Shown in pieces: positions 21,705-34,714 of a DNA stretch of 64,000 bases (position 1 is its first letter; every line of letters begins with the position of its first letter). The stretch is taken from contig NC_058368.1 in assembly GCF_018350175.1 (NCBI RefSeq), positions 93,932,001-93,996,000 on the forward strand, written 5' to 3'. The notes beneath the pieces are model-generated. The model saw only the letters and a program-made list of their open reading frames with translations, was not told the origin of the DNA and made no database searches. This DNA comes from Felis catus. Lineage: Eukaryota. Made by a program: the position numbers and the translations under genes.

Positions 21705-22274
21705 CAGTTGACCTTGAACAACATGGGTTCGAACTGCTAAGTTGCTTATTGTTGGATTTTGGGGGGTGGGGAGGTAAATGCAGCACAGTACTGTGAATGC
21801 ATTTTCTCTTCCTTATGATTTTCGTTAAATTTTTTTTAATGTTTTATTTGTTTTTGAGAGAGATACAGAGCATGAGTAGGGTAGGGGCAGAGCCTGCCGG
21901 AATCAGGTTCCAGGCTCTGAGCTGTCAGCACAGAGCCCAATGCTGGGTTTGAACTCACAAACTGTGAGATCATGACCTGAGCCAAAGTCAGACACTTAAC
22001 CGACTGAACCTCCAGGCACCCCGCCACTATGATTTTCTTAATAACATTTTCTTTTCTCTAGCTTACTTTATTGTGGGAATATAGTATAGAATACATAGGA
22101 CATACAAAATGTGTTAATTGACTGACTACGTTATTGGTAAGGCTTCCGGGCAACAGTAGGCTATTTGTAGTTAAGTAGTGGGGAGTCAAAAGTTATCCAT
22201 GAATTTTTAACTGCATGCTGGGTGGGGGGGGGGATTTGGTGCCCTTAATCCCTACATTGTTCAAGGGCCAGGTG
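21705..22274 (+). mobile_element. Tigger2-derived MITE (Tigger2a-type) with both TIRs and TA TSD
   Basis: ta|cagttgaccttgaacaacatggg ... ttgttcaagggccaggtg|ta. Confidence 0.9.
21828..22022 (-). mobile_element. Can-SINE inside Tigger2 MITE
   Basis: TSD tatgattttc. Confidence 0.93.
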
Positions 22275-23752
22275 TAGACAGAGAAAAGGAGGAGGCTTTC
22301 ATGCTAATTTCCCAACAAAACTGCCACTCTGTTCAAACTGGTTTACTTGGGTTCTAGGCAAATACAGGCTCTTCCACCCCCGGATATGTGTGTGCGTGTG
22401 TGTGCCCGTGTGTGTGCGCATGCACGTGTGTGCACCATTCCTTCTATCTGCAATGCTTCTGCTCACCCCTGAAGACTCATTCTTTAAAAATCAGCTTCAA
22501 CATCACCTCCCCAGGAACATTTGCCTTATTAGCTCCATTGCAAATGCCAGCCCCTTGCATCCTATGATTTTCATTATCTGTTTACCATACATTTGGCATT
22601 TACAAAACATTGTCTTATGTTCTGTGTGTATATTACATTTCCCCTAAAGAGATGATAAACCCTTAGAAGGCAGCCTTCAAGTCTTTGGACTCCCAACACG
22701 GGGCAAGTTGCCCCAAAAAAGAGTTAAAACAAAGATCTGTCGATCGATGCCAACATCCGCTCATACTTTCTTTTGGTGTTTTTGTTCCAGTGGCTGGGAA
22801 TTCATGTCAAACTCCTACGCGTGGTGAGACAGGGGCTCAGCAAGGGTGTCCCAATCAACCCCCTGAGAACGAGGGAGGCAGCAATTGTTCACTGCTTTAA
22901 AATACTTGTGGCAAATAAAGGGAATATGACTCAATCCATATTGAAAAGAACCAGATGAAAGTAGTTCCCCACAGAGGAAAACCAAAGAATTAAAATGAAA
23001 GCCTATGAACCACTTCAACTATTTCTGCATCTATCCCCGAATAATATTCCACCCAAGTGGAACACATCTCAGTGTGTTTGCACCCGTTTAACACTCCCTC
23101 CTCCTTTCCCAGCCTGGGTTCCACAACTCCCAGCTTAGCGTCATCCCAAAATGTTTGCAGGTGGTTGGACTGGATTCCCAAGCTCCAGATGGCTCAGTCA
23201 GCACTGGAGAATCTGGAGAGCTCCGCATTCTCGTGCTTTTCTGGTTGCACCACAAAAGACCTTCCCATCCAGCCTCCTCCCCAAACGACCCCTCAGTTTT
23301 CCACGTGTGCTTGACTTAACCTGAGTCCCAACGGTCTCCGGCTCTTCCCGAGGCCCTCCATCTGGCCTCTCCTTGCTCTTCTGCCCACAACAGGGTTCTC
23401 CAATGAGGCAAAGCACCCTCCAACCCCAAGAACACCCTCGGGTCTGTGAACTCCAATGGCCGTGACAATATTGAAGAGAAACCGAGCAGGTGTGATGCCG
23501 GTTTCCAAAGTTGACCTGCTGCTGGTTGAGTCATATCTGCCTGTCTTCCGGAGGTTGTATTACGTTTCCCTTCTGACTCATGTCACTTCAAAACTTGTAG
23601 AACTTGAATCTGCCAGGTGAACATGACCCTTCATTTTTTGCCTCTGGGTCTTCCAGCAGTAGCCGGCTCCCGGGGCTCAACCTATAGACACCATGCAGTG
23701 AACCCATCTGAGAACAGAATCCCTGGACCTACCATTTAAAGACTGCTGCATG

Positions 23753-23937
23753 GGGGCACCTGGGTGGCTCAGTTGGTTAAGCATTTAACTTCAGCTCAGG
23801 CCGTGATCTCGAGGCTCCTGAGTTCAAGCCCCATGTGGGGCTCTGTGCTGACAGCACAGAGCCTGCTTCAGATCCTCAATCCCTCTGTCTTTGCCTCTCT
23901 CGTTCTCTCTCTCAAATATAAACTTTAAAAAATTAAT
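23753..23937 (+). mobile_element. Can-SINE
   Basis: outer TSD aaagactgctgcatg / aaaattgctgcatg encloses this SINE and the next. Confidence 0.93.
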
Positions 23938-24165
23938 GGGGCACCTGGGTGAGTGTCCGACTTTGACTCAGGTCATGGGGGGCGCCTGGGTCTTGCGTTC
24001 GCAGGTTCGAGCCCCTGTATCAGGCTCCGTGCTGACAGCTCAGAGCCTGGAGCCTGCTTCTGATTCTGTGTCTCCCTCTCTCTCTCTGCCCCTCCCCTGC
24101 TCATGCTCTGTCTCTGTCTCTCAAAAAATAAAATAAAATGTTAAAAAAAAAAGTTTAAAAATTAA
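23938..24165 (+). mobile_element. Can-SINE with rearranged head, in the tail of the previous SINE
   Basis: ggggcacctgggtgagtgtcc...catggggggcgcctgggtc... Confidence 0.9.
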
Positions 24166-24644
24166 AAAAAATTGCTGCATGATCTGCTAGTTAGACGGAG
24201 CCTGCTTTCTTACTTGAAAAATTAGGCTTAAGAACACTTTGAAGAATTGTCATGATGATTACATGAGATAACATGAGGGAAGGGTCTGGAATCAAACCCG
24301 GCATCGAAGTAGGGGCTCAGCAAACATGAAGTTGAATCTGCCATTTGTATAGGACCCAAAACTGGGCAAATATTGACAATTTCATAGGACTCAACCTGCC
24401 ACGAGCCTTCTAGTCAAGCACTGAGGACATTAGTATTCAACTGGCTAGAGTGTTGGGACCAGAGGAGGTGGGATTTTAGGGATGGAACCTCAGAGATGAC
24501 TTTCAAAGATTCATTTAAATCATCAATGATTTATTTAAATCCTCAAAGAATCAAGGAATGTCAGAATCCAGCAAGAGGCTTTAAAATGCTGGGAGATTTT
24601 CTGGACTCTGAGCTACTTAAGCAAAACTCATTTAAAGAGCTAGG

Positions 24645-24865
24645 ATGACAATGTGGTTAGGAGCCTAGATTCTGGGGACAGATTTCCTGAGCTCAAATCC
24701 CAGCTCTGCTACTCATCAGCTTTTTGACCTGGAGCAAGTTTGTTGGCTAATTGGAGTCTCAATGTTTTCCTCCAGGACTCAGGATTGTACTGGGTTGCTA
24801 TGGAGACTAAGTAAGTTAATACATGCGAAGTTCTTAGAACACTGAAGTGTTAACTGTCATTAACT
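24645..24865 (+). mobile_element. MIR
   Basis: gtggttaggagc...ctcaaatcccagctctgctact...gacctggagcaagtt. Confidence 0.8.
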
Positions 24866-24883
24866 TGATTTAGGTGGTATGTA

Positions 24884-25107
24884 GGGGCGCCTGGGTGGCT
24901 CCATCTCTTAAGCATCTGACTTCAGCTCAGGTCATGATCTCACAGCTCATGAGTTTGAGCCCCACATTGGGCTCTGTGCTGATGGCTCAGAGCCTGGAGC
25001 CTGCTTCGAATTCTGTGACCCTGTCTCTCTCTCTGTCCCTACTCTGCTCGTGCTCTGTTTCTCTCCCTCTCTCTCTAAAAAATAAACATTAAAAAAATTT
25101 TTTTTAA
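24884..25107 (+). mobile_element. Can-SINE
   Basis: perfect TSD ttaggtggtatgta (24870-24883 / 25108-25121). Confidence 0.96.
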
Positions 25108-25700
25108 TTAGGTGGTATGTACTGACCGGAGACCCAAGATTGGAAATTCGAATTCCAGCGATGGGAAACCAGCCTCCTTCCTCTTCTAGCGCCGTTCCAG
25201 GACAGCAGCTGAGACACTCCTTGGGAAGTTCAAAGATGGTGGATGGCACCACCCAGGAGAGCTCAGGGAGGGTCCTCCCGGCCAGCGGCATCGCATCCAG
25301 TCCTTCCAGGTGCTTCGAGAGAAGGGCCGAGAACTTTAGTCACCCAGAGCAGAAGTGACTCAGGCGCACCTGCAGAATCCAATGGAGGAGAAGTGACGAG
25401 GGATGAGAAGGAAGGGAGATAGAACAGCCACACACCACGAAGAAGCGGACACAGCTCATGCTAGAGGGGAAGGAAAGCATTAGTTGAATTCATGGTTTAC
25501 TTAGAAAGTCAGATTCGGACAAAGACATCATAAGGAAAATGATAACGACGTCCTACAGGTTTTCCCATAACTACTTTCATGTGTATTACCTGATGACATC
25601 CATCCAAAACAAAAACAAAAACAAAAATAAAAAAACAAACAAGTAAAACCCTATGAGGCAGGTAGGCAAAGCTAGCATTGTATTTGAAGATGAGCAATTA

Positions 25701-25927
25701 GGGGCGCTGAGTGGCTCAGTCTGTTGTTCAGCATCCAACTTTTGGTTTCAGCTCAGGTTGTGATTTCACAGTTTGGGAGTTCGAGCCCCACATGGGGCTC
25801 TGCACTGACAGCACACAACCTGCTTGGGATTCTCTCTCTCCCTCTCTCTCTCTCTCTGCCTTTCCCTGCTGATGCTTTCTCTCTCTCTCTCTCTCTCAAA
25901 ATAAATGACCATTAAAAAAAAAATTTT
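25701..25927 (+). mobile_element. Can-SINE inside a MIR
   Basis: TSD aagatgagcaat. Confidence 0.94.
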
Positions 25928-26573
25928 AAGATGAGCAATGGAAGGATCCGGGAGCTTCAATGACTTATCCAAGCCTACTTGCCCAGGAGGTGATGGAGCT
26001 GGAATGTGAGCTCCTTAAAGTCAGAGCCACGTTTATCTTTGTCTCCCTAGCGCCAGCCACTAAGCTCAAGTTTACTGAGTGAATGGGCTCAAATGGGCTG
26101 GAACACAGACTCACCTTCTCAGGCTAGTCCTAGATCTCAGGCAATGACTCAGATGCTCATGCTTTGCAGATTCCCAAACCCGAAGCTGGACAGTCACTCA
26201 GAGGCAGTGAAGGGGTGGGGGGTGGGTAAAGGGACAGGGTTTCAACAGTCTGTGCCAGAACAGATTAGGTATCTCGTACACATAATCAGCATGCATATGT
26301 CCCTTTTCCATAGCCCTATGACAAGCTTTCCATGACAAGCGAGACTATCCAGCCACAGCTCTCAGGCTGCCATTTATAACCCATTTGCTCATGAGGGATA
26401 AAGCCTGCCTTATAAGGTGGTTTTGAGGTCCTTCCTCTTCGTGTGTGTGTGTGTGTGTGTGTGTCTGTAGATACATACAGGTATATACATTTACTTATCA
26501 GGTACACCATCGATTTGCCCCACATCTTATTAGAGACAGATCTGGACAGAGTAGTTAAAGATCTCAAGAGAAA

Positions 26574-26760
26574 GGGGCACCTGGGTGGCCCGGTTGTTGA
26601 AGTGTCTGACTTCAGCTCCAGTCATGATCTCATGGCTGGTGAGTTCAAGCTCTGCATCACACCCTGTGCTGATAGTGCAGAGCCTGCCTGGGACTCTCTC
26701 TCCCTCTCTCTCTCTCTCTCATTCTCTCTCAAAAAAATAAATAAATAAACTTAAAAAAAA
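26574..26760 (+). mobile_element. Can-SINE
   Basis: head, (CT)n, tail. Confidence 0.93.
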
Positions 26761-26766
26761 ATCTCA

Positions 26767-26989
26767 GGGTGCCTGGGTGGCTCAGTCAGTTGAACGTCCG
26801 ACTTCAGCTCAGGTCATGATCTCACGGTCTGTGAGTTCGAGCCCCGTGTGGGCTCTGTGCTGACAACTCGGAGCCTGGTGCCTGCTTCAGATTCTTTGTC
26901 TCCCTCTCTCTCTGCCCCCCTCCCACTCACACTCTGTCTCTCTCTCTCTCAAAGATAAATAAACATTAAAAATTTTTTTTTAAAAAAAA
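26767..26989 (+). mobile_element. Can-SINE, tandem to the previous one
   Basis: gggtgcctgggtggctcag head. Confidence 0.95.
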
Positions 26990-27779
26990 GGATATTCTTT
27001 CTCCATTCCAAAGCAGTGGAGATTTCACTGCTAAGTGTCCAAGCCCCTCTTCTGTTCCAAAGTGTTTGGGGGGATTCTGAGCCATTGGAAGGATGAGAGG
27101 AGGAGGCGTTTCTCCAAATGGAGTATGTTTGATGAAGCACCAGGGAGTCTGGAGGCATCGTCATTGCCTGCAAGATAGATGGCCCCTGTGCTATCTGCTG
27201 TTAACTAGTGGTCCCTCAATGGTGGCACATACAGTGACAGACGCAGGAATGCAATGCTGGCAAAACTTCCAAGAGCCTCTGAGTCCTGGTGACAGACGAT
27301 GCTTGCTCCCAAGAGACAAACATTTGCAGATTTCATTCGCTGGCTAGTCAGTGATTCTAATCTGTCTACCACAACGGAGAAAGCCCTCGGGGTATAAATT
27401 GATGTAGCTCATTGTTGCTCTCTTGAATCCTTTAGAATTTCCTCTTTATCTTTCTGAAATGTTGCCCACGTTGTGAAAGAGGGTATGTGTGTTAGTGTGT
27501 TCTTCTCATTCTGCAACTGTAGGAACTCAGATTCTTTCGTTTCTTTTGACCTCTCCCCTTTACTCTCTCTGTTCTCTTTTTTGTGAAACTCTTACTAGAA
27601 GCTGTTGGGACTGCTGGATCTGCTTCGACATCTCTTTGCTGTTCCCTCCTATTTTTTCTCTTTGTCCTTTTGCGTTATGTAACGGGGTTGATTTTTCAGG
27701 TCAATCGGCAAGCTCACGAATTTGCTTTTCATGTGTGTCCCTTGTGCCCTTCGTCTGAGGAATACTAGTAGTGACAGAC

Positions 27780-28190
27780 CTAACATGAAAAATGTACAAC
27801 CTTGCGGAACGTCATAATGAACAAAATAAAATGGAGAGGGGGCGCCTCGGTGGCTCAGTCGGTTAAGCGTCCGACTTTAGCTCAGGTCATGATCTCACAG
27901 TTGGTGAGTTTGAGCCCCGCATCGAGCTCTCTGCTGTCAGCACAGAGCCTGCTTTGGGTAGTCTGTCTCCCTCTGTCTCTCTGCGCCTCCACTCTTTGCA
28001 CTCTCTCAAAAATAAATAAACATTAAAATAAATAAACAAAATAAAAATAAATGGAGAGATTTACTATGTTCTCAAATAGGAAGACACAGTAACATAGAAT
28101 TGTCCCTTCCTAACCTAGACATTCAAAAGTAATCCTGGTAAAACCTTAAGAACATTGTTTTTGATAGACAGGCCATCTAGAGTTGATTGG
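27780..28190 (+). mobile_element. Old L1M ORF2 fragment split by a SINE
   Basis: aaatggagagatttactatgttctcaaataggaagac resembles the KWRDIPCSWIGR region. Confidence 0.6.
27839..28047 (+). mobile_element. Can-SINE
   Basis: TSD aaatggagag. Confidence 0.95.
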
Positions 28191-28829
28191 GATATGTGTG
28201 AAGTAGGAAGATTATTGTCTCCTCTCCTGCTGGAGACTCCACTACGTTGAGAGTAAGGCAACTAGGATGACAAAAGAAGGTAGAAACCTGTAAAGAGATG
28301 CAATTTTGGAAGACGGAACTGGATGGGGGAGAGGTGACTGATTGTAGCATGCGAAGGAAGTAATGAGCCAAGTCACCTGGAGGGGAATGACCGCTAATAA
28401 GTGAGCCAAATCACCGCAAAGGAAAACCTGAGATGCTCAGCTTTGGAGATGGCAGGTTCAGTGAAAGGCTGGGTTGAAGTGCAGAGCTAAAAATCGGCGT
28501 TGCTCGAAGCTTGTCAATGGGGTAGCCATATCCTTCCTCCACCTCAGGCAGTCAGGCTACTAATCTCCCAGACCATGGATTGAAGAGTTCTTTTCTGTTT
28601 AATTTAATGGGCAAGGATGAGACTCAGGCTTACGCAAATGGAGACAGCAGAGGGGAGGCACGCGGAATTCTGCAAAAGAAATGGTTGAACTGCATGGTTC
28701 CCTTTCCCCAAATTGCGCTCCATATGCTGACAGGTGCATAAAGAAGATCAGAAGATTCTCTCTCTCTCTCTCTATTTCTCTCTCTCTCTCTCTTCGTACA
28801 AACTAAATGGCCCTAAGGATGAAGCTTCC

Positions 28830-28975
28830 ATTTTTCTCTTTTCTTCCTCCCTCCCTCCCTCTTCCTTCCTTCCTTCTTTCCTTCCTTCCTTCCTTCCTTC
28901 CTTCCTTCCTTCCTTCCTTCTTTCCCTCCTTCCTTTTTTCTTTCTCTTTCCTTTCTTTTCTTGCTTTCTTGCTTC
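28830..28975. repeat. (TTCC)n microsatellite / polypyrimidine tract
   Basis: ttccttccttcc run with degenerate flanks. Confidence 0.95.
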
Positions 28976-29049
28976 TTATGAACTCTCTGTTCAATAACCC
29001 CTAAATGTAGCCCAGAGGTCAACAAATCCTGTCCACACACTCAGGCCCT

Positions 29050-29935
29050 CCAAACAATATTTTAGAGGCTCACTCTTAGATAGAATCAGAGTGCCAACCC
29101 TCCCAAACTATTGATGAGAACCTCCAGCACGAAAGAGAAAGACCAATGCAAGAATAAAGAAAAAAAAAGAAGAAATCTCGAGAAAACAAACGGAAGGGGA
29201 TATAAGATTTCCTTACAACACTAGGGAAATAAGTGAAGAAACTGTACCCTTATACCCAGAAATAGAGGTGATATAAAAGGATAAAATCAAAGAACAAGAA
29301 GTCAAATTTTCTGCTGGAAATAAAAACTTAATCAAAATCCAATATTCAATAGGAAGGTTGGAGGAAGAAGCTGAGGAACTCTCCCAAGAACTAGCACAAA
29401 AAGACATAGCACTAAAAATTAGGAAAGGAAAGAAAAGTAATGTAGAGGATGAATATAAGAGGAGGCACTAGTCAAGCAAAATGATTTCTTAAGAAAGAGA
29501 AGGGAGAAAACAGAGAGGTGGGAAATACAGAAGTAACACAGCAATAAAATTTCTAGCACTGAAAACAATGTCTCCAGGTTGCAAGTACCTCTTCTATGCC
29601 CAAGAAAATGGATGAAATAACCCATACCAAAGTACGTAAGTTGTGAGATGTCTGAGTTCTGGGGGAAAAGAGAAGATCCTAATGGTTCCCCCGAGGAGAA
29701 AAAAAAAAAAAAAGCTATTTACAAGGAAAACAGGAGGTAAAAATAGGATTATTCACAGCTACGATGAATGTTAGAGACCAAAAAGGTGGTGCCTTCAAGT
29801 ATTTAAAGGAAAATTAAGTTTTAGCCTAGATTTCAAATCCTGGTCAAATTGTAATTTCAGGGAGTGGATAAAATGGACATTTTCAGGAGGATAAGAACTG
29901 TAAAATACTCCCCTTGTTCCTTATAAAAAGCAAGT
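29050..29935 (+). mobile_element. HAL1 / L1-ORF1-like relic
   Basis: A-rich strand; gaactctcccaagaa, aaaagagaagatcctaa, gtgccttcaag...aaggaaaatt...cctagatttc. Confidence 0.6.
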
Positions 29936-30009
29936 AGAGAACTTTCCGCTCTCTGGATTGTAGGCTATAACAACCTTCCCGCTGAGGTCAACTAAAACAG
30001 TTGTAGGGA

Positions 30010-30230
30010 TGGGCGTCTGAGTGGCTCAGTTGGCTAAGCATCTGACTTCGGCTCAGGTCATGATCTTGCAATTCACGAGTTCAAGTCCCGTGTCGGGCTC
30101 TGTGCTGACAGCTCGGAGCCTGGAGCCTGCTTCTGATTCTGTGTCTCCCTCTCTCTCTGCTCCTCCCCTGCTCATGCTCTGTCCCTTTCTGTGTCTCAAA
30201 AATAATAAATAAATGATTTTTTTTTAAAAA
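30010..30230 (+). mobile_element. Can-SINE; its TSD also encloses extra 3' sequence to 30336
   Basis: perfect TSD aaaacagttgtaggga (29994-30009 / 30337-30352). Confidence 0.95.
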
Positions 30231-30774
30231 GGAAGTAACAAAATAAAACATTCCTGGGAGTGGAAGCAGCATGGATACTTCCGCGTGCGTGCACACACAC
30301 ACACACACACACACAAAATCAAAAAACAAAACAAAAAAAACAGTTGTAGGGAAACAATATATCCAGATACAATTTTAATTATTTAAATATATTATATATG
30401 TATATGTCTTTATAATTATCTTATAATTAGCATATTTTCATTTATAAATATTAAATATATTATTTTTAAGATACTAGACTGAAATATATAATTAAACTAT
30501 ATTTTACAAATATGAATAACATATTTATATTTCAATTCTTCTTCAAAGCATCAAAAAGCTGGTAAGATAGTGATGGATTACTATGGCCAAATTTTGGAGA
30601 ATCTGAGAAGCAAGGTCTCACCGCTGTTTTTGCTCTGCTTAGGAAGAAAAGGCTGCAATAGGGAGCTGCGGTATCTGGCAACCTCACTGGACAAAAGAGA
30701 TAAAAGGAACAGCCAAGTGGAGAGTCTGATAGACACACACATTAAGTTGAGGTCCTGAAGGGCTTTACTCTTGG

Positions 30775-31182
30775 AGCAGGACTTCCCAAATGTGCCTGCA
30801 TAGTAGGATCTCAGGAGGGCTTTTATTTTATTATTTTTTTTTAATGTTTATTTGTTTATTTTCAAGAGAGAGCACAAGCAGGGAAGGGGCAGAGAGAGAT
30901 TGGGAGAAAGAGAATCCTGAGCAATCTCTGTGCACCATCAGCACAGAGCCCAACGTGGGGCTCAAACCCATGAACCGGGAGATCATAACCTGAGACCAGG
31001 TCGGATGCTTAACCGACTGAGCCACCCAGGAATCCCTTCAGGGGAGCTTTGAAGAATTCCAAAGTGCAGGCTGCACCAGAGACCAATGAAGTCACAGTCT
31101 CTGGGGGTGGGACACAGGCATCAGTAGATTTGGAAGCTCCCCCGGTGATTCCAGTGTGCTGATGACTTTGGGAACCTTCCAG
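30775..31182. mobile_element. MER5-type MITE split by a SINE
   Basis: cagtctctgggggtgggacacaggcatcagtag...gctcccccggtgattccagtgtgc...tttgggaacc. Confidence 0.8.
30821..31037 (-). mobile_element. Can-SINE
   Basis: TSD tcaggagggcttt / tcaggggagcttt. Confidence 0.93.
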
Positions 31183-31756
31183 TGTGTGGAAGTAACACTG
31201 TTCTCATGTGGGTGACTCTGAGAATCTCAAGTCTGGGATCTCAGTTCATGTGGTCCCAAAGGGTCAGAAGCAAATGAACGTTCTCTGTGGTGGTATATAT
31301 TTTCATCCTAGGCCTCAGATCATTTCTCCAAAAAAAGAAAAATGCTTAAGTGCAATGTCAAGTGCAAGTTCTCTATGAGTGAAAACCAGCAGCTGGGAAT
31401 ATTACCATTCAAACAAACCCAGAAAGACACCCCAACTTCAGAGAGTGAAAGTACTGGGCACAGACTCCAAAACCATGTTTCTTGTCTTAAAAGAGAAAAG
31501 GAAAAGCTTGAAACTTTCAGCTGGGATGTGGAAACCAAAAAAGTGACTTTGATTTGAAAAAGAAGCAAGTAGAAGTTCTACAACTGAAAAATATAAGACC
31601 CATAATTAAGAATTTAATGCGGAGTCTAACAGTCCAGCAGATATAGCCAAAGATTAGACTAGGAAACTGGAATATAAATCAGAAGAAGAGATCCAGAATG
31701 TGTTACAGAAAGGCCAAAAGGATGAGAAAGAAAACAGAAGAGAGGATAAAAAACAT

Positions 31757-31958
31757 CAGGTAAGCTTTGGCAAACTTTTGCTTGAAAGGTCAGGTAGTAA
31801 ATATTTTAGGCCAGGCAGGCAGGCTATACTGTGTCGGTTGCCACTGTAGCTTAAAAAAAAAAAAAAAGCCATAGACAAGAGGTGAATAAATAAGCATGAC
31901 TATATTCAAAACTTTGTTTACAAAAATAGATGGCTGACCCACAGGCCATGGTTTGTCA
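31757..31958 (+). mobile_element. MER58A-like hAT MITE
   Basis: ttggcaaactttt...tagtaaatattttaggc...gccatagacaa...aaaactttgtttacaaaaa...ggccatggtttg. Confidence 0.8.
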
Positions 31959-32202
31959 TAGAAAAAGATCTAATATATATATGTTAGATCTTGGAGACAT
32001 ATGTTCTCCAATCAGACCACAGAGGACAGTAGAGAGGAATAGAGTAAAAACAATAATCTAAGAAAAAAAATTACTAATAATCTTTTAAGAATTGATGAAA
32101 GACAACAACTCACAAATTTGGGAACCCAATAAATTCTCAGGACAAATATAAAGAAATCCACACTTTGGTTTGGAAGGAAAGCAAAAAGAAAGAGAAAAGC
32201 CT

Positions 32203-32411
32203 TTTTCTTTTTAATTTTTAAAATGTTTATTTTTGAGAGAGAGAGTGAGGGAGAGAGCAGGGGAGGAGCCAAGAGAGACGGAGACAAAGAATTGAAAGCA
32301 GACTCTGCACTGCTGGTGCAGAGCCCCAGGCAGGGCTTGAACGCACGAACCATGAGATCATGACCCAAGCCAAAGGTAGACACTTAACCCACTGAGCCAC
32401 CCAGGTGCCCC
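32203..32411 (-). mobile_element. Can-SINE
   Basis: TSD aagaaagagaaaa. Confidence 0.94.
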
Positions 32412-33269
32412 AAGAAAGAGAAAAATCTTAAAAGAAGCTAGAGAAAAAGTTGCTTTCAAAGGAGTGATGGAGTGACAGCTGACATCTCAATATTACAAAA
32501 TAAAATAAAAAGCCAGAACACAAGGGAATGTTATCTTCAATGTATTGAAAGAAAATAACCACCCATCCAGAATTCTAAACTCAGCAAAATTATATGCTTC
32601 AAAAATGAAGGCAACATAAAGACATTACTGGATAAGTAAAAGCACAGAAATTTTGCCTTCTGTAGATCTCCACTAAAGTATATGATAGAGAATGCACTTC
32701 AGACACAAGAAAAATGATCACGGGCAGAAGGTATAGTTGAGGGGGGAAAAAGGAGAGCAAAGAAAATAGTAAATACATGAGTAAATCTAAATGAATATTG
32801 ACCATGTAGAATAATAACTTTTATGCCTTAAGGTGTCTAAATATAAAGAGAATTGAAATACATAGCAATAAAAGCATGAAATTTGGGAATATGATAATTA
32901 ATACTGAAGTTTTTGTGCTGTCTGGGAGGAAGGTAAAGGAATTAAGTAACATTTGATAAGTCAAGGATGCATACTGTAACTTCTAGAATAACCACCAAGA
33001 AAAAGGAGATGAAGTGTGCAACTTCCAAGCAGATAGGAAAGAAAATTTTCAAGCTAGTAAAATCAATGAAAACAAAAAGAAAGAGAAGAAAAAAAAACAT
33101 AGAATAGATGGTAAATAAAAACATTAAGCATTAAATTCTCTACATTAAACACAATGTAGAGAATTAGATTAAATGTAGATAGACTAACTGGCCGGTTAAA
33201 ACACTAAGATTGCCCATCTAGATCAAAAAATCAACCCCGAATATGTACTATTTAAAAGTTACCTATCTA

Positions 33270-33432
33270 GGGGTGTCTGGGTGGCTCAGTGAGTTGAGCA
33301 TCCGACTCTTGATTTCGGCTCAGGTCATGAACCCAGAGTCATGGGATCAAGCCCCTCACTGTCAGTGAGGAGCCTGCTTGAGATTCTTTCTCCCTCTCCC
33401 TCTGCCCCTACCCCTCAAAATAAAATTAAATT
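33270..33432 (+). mobile_element. Can-SINE (older, shortened)
   Basis: ggggtgtctgggtggctcag head; TSD ta(c/a)c(c/a)tatcta-like. Confidence 0.9.
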
Positions 33433-33802
33433 AAAATAACATATCTAAAACATAAGAATACAGAAATGTTGACAGCAACTGGAAAACATGCTCCAACAAA
33501 ACAAGGAAACAAATTTAAAAAGAGAAAGACTTGAGATGAAGAAAATAAGGAATTGGAGGAGGAAGACAAAAGTTTCTGGGAAGAAAGCTTCCAGGTAAAG
33601 GAAGAAGTAAAAAAACTATCTAATGCTTCTGAGCATGGGAGAAAATCTGCTGATAGGTATGTGGTCCTTCAATGGAATATTTGGAAAAAACTGAGATATG
33701 TTTATAAAAAAAAATCACACAAGTAAAAACAGGAGCAATTAATAACTCCAAAAAAAAAAAAAAAACAAGAAAGGATTTTATTCATACTGGAAAGGAAATG
33801 TC

Positions 33803-33878
33803 ATAATATACTAATCAACTCTCATAATATACTAATATACATAATATACTAATAAATACTAATATACTAATCAAATAC
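33803..33878. repeat. AT-rich minisatellite-like array (ataatatactaat units)
   Basis: taatatactaat occurs about 4 times with variants. Confidence 0.8.
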
Positions 33879-34496
33879 TCCAAGTATTTGTCCAATCTTA
33901 ATGTAAACATGAATTATGTATTTAGCCAAAATTGTGATAAACTCTGTTGAAGAAGGAGTGGGGTACGATGTAAAACAGAGGAATATTTATGAATGGAAGT
34001 CAATAAACGATGTGAAAAAGTGATCAATCAAGCAATTAGTGGTATAATAACATTATTTAGAAATTTAAAGGTTAATGCCAGAAATACCAGCTAAAAGAGG
34101 TAAAAGTGATTACCTCTGAGGAGAGGAAATGAGGAAACGAGGAGTAGTAGGACAAGTGTTGTTTGTAATTATAAGCCTTCTCATTTATTTAGTTTTTAAA
34201 TTATGTACACATCTTATTTTGTTAAAATTTTCAAAAGTTAAAAATAAAACCAGAAAAGAGAGGAGGCAATGCAGGGAAACTTTTTCTACTGGATATAAAA
34301 AATTAAAATGGAAATTAAAATTGTAAATCACTTTATGCGGGAATAGACAATTAGCTATCTGACTACCTCATAAATTATATAAGTTAAACAATGATTAAGT
34401 GGCACAGATATAAACAAATAGATCATTGAAACAGAATAAAAGTCCAGACAGATTCACATTCATACAGGAATTCAGTTCATGATAAAAGCAGCATTT

Positions 34497-34714
34497 TATT
34501 TTTTTTTAAGTTTATTTTTTTATTTTGAGAGAGAGAGAGAGAGAACATGAGCAGGGGAGGATCAGAGAGATAGGGAGAGAGAGAGAATCCCAAGCAGGGT
34601 CTGCGCTATCAGCCCCAAGCCTGACCTGGGGATAGATCCCATGAACTGTAAGATCATGACCTGGGCTGAAATCAAGAGTTGGATGCTTAACTGACTGAGC
34701 CACCCAGGCACCCC
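34497..34714 (-). mobile_element. Can-SINE inside an old L1M ORF2 fragment (~34330-34960)
   Basis: TSD aaaagcagcatttt; flanks tggcacagatataaacaaatagatca...acagaata and ctcacaccatacaca. Confidence 0.94.

Larger units (their letters stand above)
29940..33480 (+). mobile_element. Old L1M 5'UTR/ORF1/ORF2-start relic, heavily interrupted
   Basis: ORF1-like atcttaaaagaagctagagaaaaa...acagctgacatctca...aagccagaacacaagggaatg...ccagaattcta; aaatgtagatagactaaactgg. Confidence 0.65.

Noticed and set aside
30353..30535. Very AT-rich tract (also 7910-8050)
   Set aside because: Low-complexity decayed (TA)-rich sequence with no further structure seen
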